A stretch of 64,000 nt of DNA from an uncultured delta proteobacterium (GTDB lineage Bacteria > Desulfobacterota > BSN033 > UBA1163). Shown one piece after another: positions 20,059 to 29,974 of the stretch (the stretch's first letter is position 1; each line of letters starts with the position of its first letter). The position numbers and the translations under genes are program-made. Location of the stretch: the NCBI GenBank assembly GCA_963827685.1, contig CAWHBU010000003.1, positions 832,001 through 896,000 of the forward strand, given 5' to 3'. The notes below the pieces were generated by a model. The model searched no databases. It was not told where the DNA came from and saw only the letters and a list, made by a program, of their open reading frames with translations.

Positions 20059-21013
20059 GTTCTTTCCTTTTCTTTTGGTTTTGGAGTTGCCGGAGTAAGT
20101 ATACCACTCCGATCAATCCGATTTCAATGAGGGTCATCCAGATACGAGTGAGAATAGAAACGATCACCGCAACTGGAGTTGCCATCATAAATGAGAGAAG
20201 GTAGACCAAAACCCCTTCCCTCACCCCCAACCCGCTGGGAGCAAAGAGCGCGATCAAACCTACCGTGCTCGAGATGGCCAAGGCTCCTGTCAAAAATAAA
20301 ATGTATTGCGGCGCCACAGAATATACGGAGTCAACCAAGAGGTAAAAACCGACTCCTCCGACTATCCAAGAAATGATACAGACAAATAATATCCAAAGAA
20401 TATTAGAGTATGAAATAGACAAGGAGATGGGTTCCCTCTTAAATCGAACAAGGACCCAGTTTAATATTTTTTGAAGAACTCGGGGATGGAGAGAGATAAA
20501 GCCTGAGAGGAATAGAAAGGCCAGCCACATGGATTGTCTTCCAGTGTAAAATGGCCTGACTTCTTTAAAAAAGATAAGGGCAGCTAAAAACATCAGACCA
20601 GCCGCCATAACAATGGTAGCTGTTTCAAGATAAAGGGCAATCGAAATGGCCTTCTTCGGTTTCCCCCTGGATTCGTAAAAATAGAAACGACTGAGGAGAA
20701 GCCAGACTTTCCCCGGCAGATATTTACCCAATTGCGAATAAAGCCAACTCTCCAATGTCTCCCTGAAGGAGATAGCAATTTTTAATTTAAGAGTGATGAG
20801 ATACCATGCCCATATTTGTATAAGATAACTGAAGGCAAAGATGAGGGTGGATAATATTAGAGGAAATATTTCGAAGGTGAACGAAGCGTCCTTCACCTGA
20901 TTCCAATTGTTCCATACCATCTTCCCCAAAAAAAGAAAAATGGCAAAGACAATGGCCCATCGAAGAACTTGCAGATAACGGGGGCTTGACTTTTTATCAT
21001 TCAAGAGCTTCAT
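20045..21013 (-). CDS. Lysylphosphatidylglycerol-synthase-TM/UPF0104 flippase-like membrane protein
   Basis: SQLGKYLPGK, APSGLGVREG and multiple TM helices. Confidence 0.8.
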   Translation of the reverse strand: MKLLNDKKSSPRYLQVLRWAIVFAIFLFLGKMVWNNWNQVKDASFTFEIFPLILSTLIFAFSYLIQIWAWYLITLKLKIAISFRETLESWLYSQLGKYLPGKVWLLLSRFYFYESRGKPKKAISIALYLETATIVMAAGLMFLAALIFFKEVRPFYTGRQSMWLAFLFLSGFISLHPRVLQKILNWVLVRFKREPISLSISYSNILWILFVCIISWIVGGVGFYLLVDSVYSVAPQYILFLTGALAISSTVGLIALFAPSGLGVREGVLVYLLSFMMATPVAVIVSILTRIWMTLIEIGLIGVVYLLRQLQNQKKRKEHGEA

Positions 21014-21033
21014 ATTCCTTTTTTACCGTTCCT

Positions 21034-22731
21034 CTATTCCCCTTCATCCCGTATGAGTAATTTTGCGAACACAGCCCGACCCCGATACACTTTCACGGTT
21101 CGATATTGAGGTAAGCTTACGTCATTGAATAAGAGATATTGCCATTCTTGCTCCATCCGGTAGGGTGTTCGGGCGCTTGTGAGAAGGATGGCATCCACAG
21201 GGATTCGTTTGTGGATTTCATAAATCATCTTGACCTGTGTCGGCAGCCATCCACATAATTGATCTCCTTCCCACTCTAAAATCTCGGGAAGGTCCGTCCA
21301 GATGACTTGATTTCCTTTCAACTCATGCCTTAAGAATTCGTTTAGTCTTTCTGCTTCCTGCTTTTCCACCAGGAAGCCAAACTGAGGAGTCTTGTAGTCC
21401 AATACGGGTGATTTATTAGGCGCAAAAGTAGTATAGAGAACGGGAAGCATAAAAAACACAAAAAATAAAAAAAAGAGAATTAAATAAATCCTCTGCTGCC
21501 ATGAAGCCTTGATTGCCGAGATTAGGGGGGTTGATACTCGCAAGAATCCTTTGGCTGCAAAGATAATAATCATCGGGATAAAGAATATAAAGAAACGAGT
21601 CGTAGAAAAATTCGCCGAAGAGATAAAAAGGATTTGGGATAAGAATAGAAAAAGGAATAGTGTTTTGATCCTGTTCCAGTCTTGGTTATCTTTCCAGTAG
21701 AACATTTCCAGGAGGAAAAAGGCCGATAGATACAGATTGGAGACGGAGAGGACTTGTTCCATTACGGTCACTAAATTCGTCAGGTATTTAAAGATAAACT
21801 GACCCGGTTCAACTGTTAGGAATTCAAAAAGGGAAGGATCTACAATATTTCGGAAGACATTTTCCCACGGATATTTCTCGGAATAAGACATCAACATAAA
21901 CTTCCCGTAAGAAAAAAGAGGAGACCTTGTCTCCGAAAAACTCCTTATCCCATCAAGAACAATTGGAATAAAAATGCCACTCATAAAAAAGGTTGTTTTC
22001 TTCCAACGGGGCAGATCGGGATAGAAATAGAGATAGACCAAAGTGGGAATGAGGAAAGGATAGATATTATTCCTGACCAACTGACTTATCCCTAAAAGAA
22101 TACCCGCGATAAAAATACCCCTCAAAGTTTTAGCTTTTACGAACAGGAAGAAGAAAAGAAAGAAGATCGGTATGTAGACGGTATCACTCAGTGCAATAAG
22201 ACTAAAATCTAATATTTCCTTGTTAAAAATTAACATCACAGTCGCGATGGCTGCCGTCTTAATATCCAGATACCTTTTGACAAAAAAGAAAAGGAGAATG
22301 ACAAGAATAAAATAGGAGAGATAAGAAGGAAGTAAAGCAACAAAGTCCGAAATCCCAAATAATTTGAAAAATCCGGCTATGATTAAGGGGTATCCGGGGG
22401 GGTGGAAAAATTCGGGTATGGGCGGCTTTTCGAAGAAATTGACATCCACAGGAAAAACAAAATTTTTAACAATGCCTTTCCCATTCGCAATATTTCTTGC
22501 TATCGAAGCAAACTCCCGATCGTCTGACCCAGCAATCTCTTTTGTATGTGTTGAATAAAAACCATACCAGACAATTCCTGCCAAAAGAAGGAGAAGGATG
22601 ACAAACCATTTCGAAGACAGCAGAGAAATTTTCCACCCGTCCTTCTCCTGTTGAGTTACCTTTCTAGGAAGTTCAGTAGCAGCAGTTTTTTTTCGCTTCA
22701 TCCTGAAATGCTCCTCCAAAACGGAACTCAA
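21034..22731 (-). CDS. GT39/ArnT-like (GT-C) membrane glycosyltransferase
   Basis: SDDREFASIARNI, HPPGYP and many TM helices; start uncertain. Confidence 0.72.
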   Translation of the reverse strand: MSSVLEEHFRMKRKKTAATELPRKVTQQEKDGWKISLLSSKWFVILLLLLAGIVWYGFYSTHTKEIAGSDDREFASIARNIANGKGIVKNFVFPVDVNFFEKPPIPEFFHPPGYPLIIAGFFKLFGISDFVALLPSYLSYFILVILLFFFVKRYLDIKTAAIATVMLIFNKEILDFSLIALSDTVYIPIFFLFFFLFVKAKTLRGIFIAGILLGISQLVRNNIYPFLIPTLVYLYFYPDLPRWKKTTFFMSGIFIPIVLDGIRSFSETRSPLFSYGKFMLMSYSEKYPWENVFRNIVDPSLFEFLTVEPGQFIFKYLTNLVTVMEQVLSVSNLYLSAFFLLEMFYWKDNQDWNRIKTLFLFLFLSQILFISSANFSTTRFFIFFIPMIIIFAAKGFLRVSTPLISAIKASWQQRIYLILFFLFFVFFMLPVLYTTFAPNKSPVLDYKTPQFGFLVEKQEAERLNEFLRHELKGNQVIWTDLPEILEWEGDQLCGWLPTQVKMIYEIHKRIPVDAILLTSARTPYRMEQEWQYLLFNDVSLPQYRTVKVYRGRAVFAKLLIRDEGE

Positions 22732-23448
22732 TCATTCTCTCTTTAACAAGAAAAGAAAGTCCTTATAAACACGGATTCGTCCTCTTTCCCCTCTCCTTTT
22801 CAACAATTCGTGATGGGCAATTTCGGGAAACCAATTTTTTGGAATGAATCCATATCGTATCAGATAGAGCATCCACCAACGGCCATTTCGAATGGGATAA
22901 TACTCGAGATGCTCCAATTTCGATTCTTTGAATGCTTGAAGATACTCCTCAACTTTAGGCCTGCCCACCTTTGGATTGTCAGAAACTTGCTCAATGAGAT
23001 AAAATTTTCCACCTTTTTTTAAATATTTGGTCAACTCAGAAATAGTCTTTTTCAATTTTTCACCTTCCATATATTGCAAAACCCATACAGAAAGGATGAT
23101 ATCAAAAAAGTACGAAAGCCCACGGAAGTGCATTCCATCATAAAGCATAAGATCTACATTATTGGCCCTTCGATTCTTTTCAGCCAACTGGATCATCTCG
23201 GGCGTGGCCTCTAAACCGATCACTTTCTTCACTTTCGGAGCAATCCAATAAGAAAATCTTCCGCTCCCGCATCCAAAATCTAAAACGACTTCATCCCCTT
23301 TTAACTCCAGCACTTCTTCTAAGGCTATCTTTTGGAGAAGATCAATATAATGATTCTTATGGCCTTTTCGGTCGGCCGGATCGATGCCCGAAGCTAAAAA
23401 CCCTCTTCGGGCCCTGTTGCTCCAATCTACATTCTCGATCAAATTCAT
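22732..23448 (-). CDS. Class I SAM-dependent methyltransferase
   Basis: VLDFGCGSG motif I. Confidence 0.88.
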   Translation of the reverse strand: MNLIENVDWSNRARRGFLASGIDPADRKGHKNHYIDLLQKIALEEVLELKGDEVVLDFGCGSGRFSYWIAPKVKKVIGLEATPEMIQLAEKNRRANNVDLMLYDGMHFRGLSYFFDIILSVWVLQYMEGEKLKKTISELTKYLKKGGKFYLIEQVSDNPKVGRPKVEEYLQAFKESKLEHLEYYPIRNGRWWMLYLIRYGFIPKNWFPEIAHHELLKRRGERGRIRVYKDFLFLLKRE

Positions 23449-23452
23449 CCCC

Positions 23453-24451
23453 TTACTTTCGAACCATTCTTACCAACCGACTCCCTATTTGAGAACTTCC
23501 CAGTCTTTTGCCCCATTCCCAAATCTTGCATCGAAAGGGATGATAATCTTTCACAAAAGTGCAAACGTCCTTCGACTGACCGCCCCATTTCTCTTTGAAT
23601 CGGAGTAAAGGGAGACCATTAGGATCCGAACCCATAAAATCAAAAAATGAAATCCTTTTCTCAACTGCATTCTCTATCGAAGAATGAACCAATAGCTCAT
23701 TGGGACAGAACTTCAAAAATTCATATTTGGACCCGTTATGGAAATAGTGGGTTGAAGAAGGTGAGTAGATGAGGACCACTCCAGCAATCGCCCCTTCATT
23801 CAGTTCGGCAATCAGGATAGCACCCAATCCTTTTTTTGTCACGATTTCGTAAAGGGTCTCAAACCAGTGTAATGGGTACTTCGCCATAGCCCTATTCCGC
23901 TCCATGGAGGCCAGATAAAGTTTATAAAACATATTGACACCCTCTATCGAATCACCACTACGAATTGTAATCCCGCTCCTTTGGGCTTTTCTAACATCTC
24001 GACGAATATTTTTCCTGTAACCTTCCCAAATCTTCTCTTTATCATACCCTCTCAAATCTAATAGGGTACATTTGGCAGAGATTGGCTTAAAAGACTTAGG
24101 TGGATAGGAATCGGAAAAAGGCGACTCGGTCAAACGGACCTGATCGATTCCTCTCCTCCTAAACTCCTTCTCTAAGAGTTGCAGAAAAGCTGAATAATAA
24201 GGTTTCTCACCGATCAGGTGACCGTACGGAATGGAGGCATATAGAATTTTAAAAATTCTAAAGTTGAGCAATACCCCTGGTAAACCGGCAACGATTTGTC
24301 CTCCGTCCTTCAGACAAAAATAAAGGGGTTGCCCTCCTAACCCCTCTTTGAGCACCTGGCTCCAGACCGATTGATAAAAGATAAGGTCGGTATATCGGGA
24401 GGCAAATTCGTCCCATTCTTGCCCCGGTGATTCGAAAATTGTTAACTCCAT
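23453..24451 (-). CDS. FemAB-like GNAT acyltransferase
   Basis: RRDVRKAQR, PNELL, FDFMGS and FKEKWG. Confidence 0.8.
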   Translation of the reverse strand: MELTIFESPGQEWDEFASRYTDLIFYQSVWSQVLKEGLGGQPLYFCLKDGGQIVAGLPGVLLNFRIFKILYASIPYGHLIGEKPYYSAFLQLLEKEFRRRGIDQVRLTESPFSDSYPPKSFKPISAKCTLLDLRGYDKEKIWEGYRKNIRRDVRKAQRSGITIRSGDSIEGVNMFYKLYLASMERNRAMAKYPLHWFETLYEIVTKKGLGAILIAELNEGAIAGVVLIYSPSSTHYFHNGSKYEFLKFCPNELLVHSSIENAVEKRISFFDFMGSDPNGLPLLRFKEKWGGQSKDVCTFVKDYHPFRCKIWEWGKRLGSSQIGSRLVRMVRK

Positions 24452-24472
24452 TTCAGATTCGAACGCTCCACA

Positions 24473-26383
24473 CTATTTAGACATCCTCTGGTATAGGATA
24501 TTGGCCAGATTTGGATTGATCGCTCTAAGAGTTTTGTATTCTTCCAATGCTAAGTCCTGTCTCCCTGTCACCAAATAAGCAATGCATAAGGAAAAATGGG
24601 CTTCTGCAAAATTCGGCTTTAATCGCAGCGCCTCTCGAAATTGGTTAATGGCCTCCTGATAGTGACCCTGCTCTGACAACGCGACCCCTATGTTGTTGTG
24701 CGCATCAGCATATTCTGGGTCGATCCGGAGCGCTTCTTCAAAATGAGCAATGGCCTCTTGGTACCTCTTTTGACCAGCCAACAGAACCCCCAATCTGCTT
24801 CTTATTTCTACATCATGAGGCTTGATTCGAAGGGCTGCCTTATAATGTCCGATGGCCTCCTCGACCTGTCCCTGTTTGGCAAAAGCGTTCCCAAGGTTAT
24901 AGTGTGCGTCCGCATAATTCGGTTTGATCCTCAAGGCTTCGACATAGTGTAAAATGGCCTCATCATACCTTCCCCGGTCAGCCAGGACGGCTCCCAGATT
25001 GTTATGCGCAAGATAATTGTTAGAAGTGACCTGGATGGCATGTTCAAAGAGGCTCACACTGTTCCGCCAGTGCCTAATCTCGAATCTGGTCGCCACCGCG
25101 CAGATCCCAATCAAAAGACCCGCCGATACAAAAAGGATTGCCTTGCGATAACGCCACCTCGCAATAAAAACAGAGCTGCCTGTGACAATAATGAAAAAGA
25201 GGCCAATTTGCGGAACATATGTGAAGCGGTCAGCCATGGCCTGATCTCCCGTTTGAATCAGACCGATGACCGGCGCCAATGTCAAGAGATACCACAGCCA
25301 TCCGACCAGAAAATAGGAGTGCTTTCGTACTGAATGGATTGCAAAAATTGAAATTCCCAGCAGCAGCAAACCGGCTCCCATAGCTTGCCATAGCGGTATG
25401 CTGTCTGGATAGGGGTAGAAACAAGCCAAAGGATGAGGCCAGATCGTCTTTCCAATGTAGTTGATATATGATATGAGGGCGTTAGAAACCCGCATTCCTA
25501 TCGGGTAGGATTCGATCGTTTTTAAGGCAGCAGTACTTTTTGCTGCAAGAAGGGTCAAAAAGCCCAGAAGAACCGAAAGCATGAAAAAAGGAACTTTTTC
25601 TAAAACTAAGTGACTGACCGTCAAGCTTGAATCTTTTAGATCCTTCAATTGTGTTTGCTTCGAATTGGCATCACTCACAAAAGGCCTTAATTGAAATCGA
25701 CCGAGCGGCCAATAGTCTATCAAAAGCAGTACAAATGGCAAAGTTACTATCATCGGCTTTGCCGTAAGACCCGCAATAAAAAAGAGAAGGACGGTGAGAT
25801 ATCTTTTAGTTCCCCCGCTTTCAACATAATATAGGTAGGCCCACATCGATAAAATCCAAAAAAAGGCACACAAAACATCCTTTCGCTCTGCTACCCACGC
25901 GACCGACTCAACGCGAAGCGGATGGATTGCGAAAAGCATCGCAATGAGGCCACTCAACCAGATGTTATTGAACATTCGGGAAAGAACCAGAAAAAGGATG
26001 ACGACATTGGCTATATGGAACAGTAAATTGGTGAAATGATGCCCCCTCGGATTCAATCCGTACAACTCGTAATCCACCATATGAGAGAGCCAGGTCAATG
26101 GCTGCCATTGAGTGGAAATTGTCGCAGTAAAAGACCAGATGAGGCTTTCCCGGGTCAATCCCGACTGTACATGGGGGTTATGGGTAACATACACGTCATC
26201 GTCAAGATCGACAAATTCAAAGTTCTGAACAGGCCAATAAACGGTCAACGTGACCGCAATCAAAGCCACCCCGATGAACAATTTAAGGCGATGACGCCAC
26301 CATAGCTCCTTGATCTGTTTCAAGCTGGTCTGGCTCGTCGTCTGCTGGCATTTGATTTTCTGTCTGTTCTTAGATTTTGACAC
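24473..26383 (-). CDS. Full-length TMTC-like GT-C membrane protein with C-terminal TPRs
   Basis: DDDVYV, WQPLTWLSH, HPLRVESVAWVAERKD, ADRFTY, WRNSVSLF and TPRs. Confidence 0.88.
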   Translation of the reverse strand: MSKSKNRQKIKCQQTTSQTSLKQIKELWWRHRLKLFIGVALIAVTLTVYWPVQNFEFVDLDDDVYVTHNPHVQSGLTRESLIWSFTATISTQWQPLTWLSHMVDYELYGLNPRGHHFTNLLFHIANVVILFLVLSRMFNNIWLSGLIAMLFAIHPLRVESVAWVAERKDVLCAFFWILSMWAYLYYVESGGTKRYLTVLLFFIAGLTAKPMIVTLPFVLLLIDYWPLGRFQLRPFVSDANSKQTQLKDLKDSSLTVSHLVLEKVPFFMLSVLLGFLTLLAAKSTAALKTIESYPIGMRVSNALISYINYIGKTIWPHPLACFYPYPDSIPLWQAMGAGLLLLGISIFAIHSVRKHSYFLVGWLWYLLTLAPVIGLIQTGDQAMADRFTYVPQIGLFFIIVTGSSVFIARWRYRKAILFVSAGLLIGICAVATRFEIRHWRNSVSLFEHAIQVTSNNYLAHNNLGAVLADRGRYDEAILHYVEALRIKPNYADAHYNLGNAFAKQGQVEEAIGHYKAALRIKPHDVEIRSRLGVLLAGQKRYQEAIAHFEEALRIDPEYADAHNNIGVALSEQGHYQEAINQFREALRLKPNFAEAHFSLCIAYLVTGRQDLALEEYKTLRAINPNLANILYQRMSK

Positions 26384-26385
26384 GG

Positions 26386-27528
26386 CTATTTTTGAATCAC
26401 CATCTTCTTCACTTTTCTTACGATCTGCTTCACATCCTCTTCCTTCATCACCGAATGGAGTGGAAGGGTTAATTCTCTTCCGCTCACCTCTTCTGTTCTC
26501 GGAAGATCCCCTTTTTTGTAACCGGACTGGTTGCGATAAAGGGAAAAAAGATGGACCGGCGGATAATGAACGCTTGTCTGAATTCCAAAATCCTTCAGCC
26601 TCTCCATCACCCTATTTCTATTGATTCGCGGTGCCACCAGAATCGGGAAGAGATGATAAGAAGGATTGCCCCTAAATTTTGAAAAGGGAATAGAGATTTC
26701 ATCAACCTCTTGAAGTCCCTCTCGATAAATCTCAACCAGCCTTTTTCTCTTCCTATTATTTCGATCCAATTTTTTCAACTGGACCAATCCCAGAGCGGAT
26801 TGAATTTCTGTTGTTCGATAGTTATAACCGACTTCCTGGATATCATAAGATGAGAGGTGACCGCGGTACTTATCCCACGAAAGCGCCTCCATCCCGTGAG
26901 ACCTCATCCTTCGAACCTTGTCCGCCCATGCTTTATTCCGAGTCACCACCATCCCACCTTCGCCGGTCACCAAATTCTTATTCGAAAAAAAACTGAAACA
27001 GCCTATATCTCCGACCAACCCGCACTTTTTCCCCCGATATTCTGCGCCAGGTGCATGAGCTGCGTCCTCAATTACATAAAGACCATGCCTCTTGGCTATT
27101 CCCAGGATGGCCTTCATCTCACAGGGATAGCCTCCGTAATGCATCACCATAATAGCCTTTGTCTTTTCAGTAATCTTTTTTTCAATTTCTTCAGGAGAAA
27201 TGTTCAGATCTTCTTCGCTTGCAATATCGGCAAAGACAGGTTTTGCCCCGGCATAAAGTACGGCATTGGCTGTAGCAATGAAGGTAAGAGAGGGAAGAAT
27301 CACCTCATCTCCTTCCTTTATACCAAGGCTTGCCAAGGCTAAATGGAGGGCAGCTGTTCCATTCGCAACAGCAATCGCATATCCTCCGCCAAGATATTCC
27401 GAAAAGGCTTTTTCAAACTTTTCAGTCACGGGGCCTGTAGAAAGCCACCTCGAGCGCAGGACCCTGAGAACCTCTTGTTCTTCTTCTTTCCCAAGATCAA
27501 TATCAGAAAGGGGGTAACGCCATTTCAT
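26386..27528 (-). CDS. DegT/DnrJ/EryC1/StrS sugar aminotransferase
   Basis: NGTAALH, EDAAHA, SFFSNKNLVTGEGG and GYNYR. Confidence 0.95.
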   Translation of the reverse strand: MKWRYPLSDIDLGKEEEQEVLRVLRSRWLSTGPVTEKFEKAFSEYLGGGYAIAVANGTAALHLALASLGIKEGDEVILPSLTFIATANAVLYAGAKPVFADIASEEDLNISPEEIEKKITEKTKAIMVMHYGGYPCEMKAILGIAKRHGLYVIEDAAHAPGAEYRGKKCGLVGDIGCFSFFSNKNLVTGEGGMVVTRNKAWADKVRRMRSHGMEALSWDKYRGHLSSYDIQEVGYNYRTTEIQSALGLVQLKKLDRNNRKRKRLVEIYREGLQEVDEISIPFSKFRGNPSYHLFPILVAPRINRNRVMERLKDFGIQTSVHYPPVHLFSLYRNQSGYKKGDLPRTEEVSGRELTLPLHSVMKEEDVKQIVRKVKKMVIQK

Positions 27529-27530
27529 CG

Positions 27531-27609
27531 TCGTGACTCGTGAATCGTGACTCGTGAATCGTGACTCGTGAATCGGATGAACGAATCACCAATCACCAGC
27601 ACGAATCAC
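27531..27609. repeat. Heptamer inverted arms downstream of the four-helix gene
   Basis: Perfect (TCGTGAC TCGTGAA)x3 at 27531-27572, then cgaatcaccaatcaccagcacgaatcac. Confidence 0.9.
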
Positions 27610-27619
27610 TTATTTCATA

Positions 27620-27976
27620 TCATCGTTTCAAAGTCCTAATAAGGCCGGTCAACATCTTTGCTACACGACCATATCTTTCTTTTAATGACGCATAATCTTG
27701 TTCCGAAAGGTAGCCCAGGTCTCTTGACAAAAGCAGCTGATAGCTTATTTCAGCGGATGATCCCCTCGCAATTCCTACAAACTGTCGATATTCCTTTGTA
27801 CCCAACCGAGATGCTCCTTCCACTATATTTACAGGTATAGAATATGCAGACCTTCGTATTTGTGAAGAAAGGCCAAATTTTTCTTCAGAAGGGAATTTTT
27901 CAGTTATTTTATAAATATCGATTGTAAGAGAGTGAGATAACTTGAACACATCCATATCTTGTGCACAATTTATCAT
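27620..27976 (-). CDS. Four-helix-bundle protein (23S rRNA IVS/Avd-like), subfamily B
   Basis: FPSEEKFGLSSQIRRSAYSIPVNIVEG...F..IARGS..E..YQL.L..DLGY; ATG 27976 follows AAAGGAGG. Confidence 0.92.
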   Translation of the reverse strand: MINCAQDMDVFKLSHSLTIDIYKITEKFPSEEKFGLSSQIRRSAYSIPVNIVEGASRLGTKEYRQFVGIARGSSAEISYQLLLSRDLGYLSEQDYASLKERYGRVAKMLTGLIRTLKR

Positions 27977-27991
27977 AAATTGCCTCCTTTG

Positions 27992-28021
27992 ACGAATCAC
28001 GAATCACGAGTCACCAACACG
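27992..28021. repeat. Heptamer arm upstream of the four-helix gene
   Basis: acgaatc acgaatc acgagtc accaacacg. Confidence 0.88.
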
Positions 28022-28023
28022 TA

Positions 28024-29004
28024 TTATAATGGATAACTCCCCACCTTAAATCGGGACAAATTCTTTCGATACCACTCAATGGTCTCTCTCAATCCCTCCT
28101 CAAGCGTATGTCGGGGTGCCCATTGAAAAAGTTTCTGAGCCAAATGGGTATCAGAAAGAAGTTGCATCACTTCACTCTTCTCAGGACGAATTCTACGATC
28201 CTCAACCTCAATCTCTCCTTGTCTCCCCATCAGACCAAGAATCTTCTTGACCAATTCTTCAATGGAGATGTCTATTCCACCTCCAATGTTGATCACTCTC
28301 CCCACCGCCCCTTCGCATTTCCCAACTTGAATAAAACCCCTCACCGTGTCTTTCACAAAAAGAAAATCCCGCCGAGGCTGAGTATTGCCCAAACGGATTT
28401 TTTTACCCTCAATGGCTTGTGAGATGATGGTGGGAATGATCGCCCGGAGGGATTGCCGAGGCCCAAACGTATTGAAGGGTCGAACCGTGGCAATGGGAAG
28501 ACCGAAGGAAAGATGGTAGCTCTCTGCCAACTTATCTGCTGCGATCTTACTGGCAGCATAGGGAGATTGAGCTTGGAGTGGATGTTTTTCATCAATGGGG
28601 ACATATTGGGCTGTCCCATAGACTTCACTCGTAGAGGTATGGATGAACCTTTCCACTGTGCCCTCTTCGAGACAGGCATTGAGGAGATGAGCCGTGCCAA
28701 GGACATTTGTCTGAATAAAATCGAATGGGTGAATATAAGAATAAGGAATAGCAATGAGGGCACCCAGATGAAAGACTTTATGACACTCCTTCACCACCTT
28801 TCTCACACCATCCGGATCCTTCAGATCCCCTGGAATTACTTCAATTTGATTTTGAATGTCTTTGGGCAACTCTTCCAAAAGGCCCCTTTCATCTCTCGAA
28901 TTGTATCGGACAAAGGCCCTGACATCTTCTCCCTGTCTGACCAACTCCTCAGTGAGATGGCTTCCGATAAATCCTCCCGCACCCGTTACTAGAATCTTTG
29001 CCAT
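28024..29004 (-). CDS. NAD-dependent nucleotide-sugar 4,6-dehydratase/epimerase
   Basis: TGAGGFIG, ALIAIPYSY, STSEVYG and YAASK. Confidence 0.93.
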   Translation of the reverse strand: MAKILVTGAGGFIGSHLTEELVRQGEDVRAFVRYNSRDERGLLEELPKDIQNQIEVIPGDLKDPDGVRKVVKECHKVFHLGALIAIPYSYIHPFDFIQTNVLGTAHLLNACLEEGTVERFIHTSTSEVYGTAQYVPIDEKHPLQAQSPYAASKIAADKLAESYHLSFGLPIATVRPFNTFGPRQSLRAIIPTIISQAIEGKKIRLGNTQPRRDFLFVKDTVRGFIQVGKCEGAVGRVINIGGGIDISIEELVKKILGLMGRQGEIEVEDRRIRPEKSEVMQLLSDTHLAQKLFQWAPRHTLEEGLRETIEWYRKNLSRFKVGSYPL

Positions 29005-29020
29005 AATAACCTCACATTTG

Positions 29021-29127
29021 TCGTGTTAGTGATTGGTGATTCGTGATTCGAAAAGATTTATAGTCCTTTAGCTATCATCTAGCTATCATCATCATTGACG
29101 ATTCACGAATCACGAGTCACGACTCAC
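29021..29127. repeat. Empty heptamer hairpin element
   Basis: tcgtgttagtgattggtgattcgtgattcg ... acgattcacgaatcacgagtcacgactcac; the loop contains TAGCTATCATC x2. Confidence 0.88.
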
Positions 29128-29132
29128 TGTTT

Positions 29133-29849
29133 TTATCCTTTTTCGTATAATAACTTTCCCTTCATTTCCTTAAATCTTTTCTGTGCTTCCTCATAGTCTT
29201 CATGCCTGCCAATGTCCAGCCAAAAATCGTTACTGGGATAACACACCACTTTGACCCTTTGTTTAATCAGTTTCTGGATCAATTCTGGAAAATCCAGATA
29301 TTTCTGCGATGGAATCCATTCTAAAACTTTTCTCTCAAAGGCATAGATCCCCATACTGACAGAGTAAGGGAGCGTTGGTTTTTCAATATATCGAGTCAGC
29401 TGATGGGTACGATCAAACTCCATGACTCCCAATTCCAATTGGACTTTCTTCTGACTCATGGCAATCGTGACCATCCCTCGATGTTGGCGATGGTATCTGA
29501 TCAACTTTTGATAATTGAGAGTGGTGAGGATGTCTCCGTTCATCATGAGAAAAGTCTCCGGAAGATTTGGGATGATTGAAAGAGGGCCAGCCGTTCCAAG
29601 GGGTCTCCCTTCCTTCGAATAACGAATGTCTACTCCGTATCGGCTCCCATTTCCAAAATAAGCTGAGAGGAGTGGTTCGGATTGTTGACTCACGGTGAAT
29701 ACCATCTCTTTAATCCGAAAATGGGCTAACTGCCTGACGATCACTTCAAGAATGGGCATTCCATCAATGGGCATTAAGGGTTTAGGGAATACGGTTGTAT
29801 AAGGGGCAAGCCTTGTCCCCTTCCCTCCAGCCAAGATAATCGCCTTCAT
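29133..29849 (-). CDS. Sugar-phosphate nucleotidyltransferase
   Basis: ILAGGKGTRL.P.T...PKPL, PLGTAG and WLDIG. Confidence 0.93.
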   Translation of the reverse strand: MKAIILAGGKGTRLAPYTTVFPKPLMPIDGMPILEVIVRQLAHFRIKEMVFTVSQQSEPLLSAYFGNGSRYGVDIRYSKEGRPLGTAGPLSIIPNLPETFLMMNGDILTTLNYQKLIRYHRQHRGMVTIAMSQKKVQLELGVMEFDRTHQLTRYIEKPTLPYSVSMGIYAFERKVLEWIPSQKYLDFPELIQKLIKQRVKVVCYPSNDFWLDIGRHEDYEEAQKRFKEMKGKLLYEKG

Positions 29850-29860
29850 GTCAGCTCCTT

Positions 29861-29966
29861 CTCGTGTTCGTGACGCGTGTCACGTGTCCGTTATCCGTGT
29901 TTCGTGTTGGTGATTCGTGATTGTGTTTCAAAATCTACGAATCACCAACACGATTCACCAATCACG
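29861..29966. repeat. Empty heptamer hairpin element with one extended arm
   Basis: ctcgtgttcgtgacgcgtgtcacgtgtccgttatccgtgtttcgtgttggtgattcgtgattg ... acgaatcaccaacacgattcaccaatcacg. Confidence 0.85.
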
Positions 29967-29974
29967 TTATTTCC

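Noticed and set aside
7502-29966. Heptamer hairpins as ordinary intrinsic terminators
   Set aside because: They have long periodic imperfect stems, large loops, mostly no U-tract, and lie within co-directional operons.
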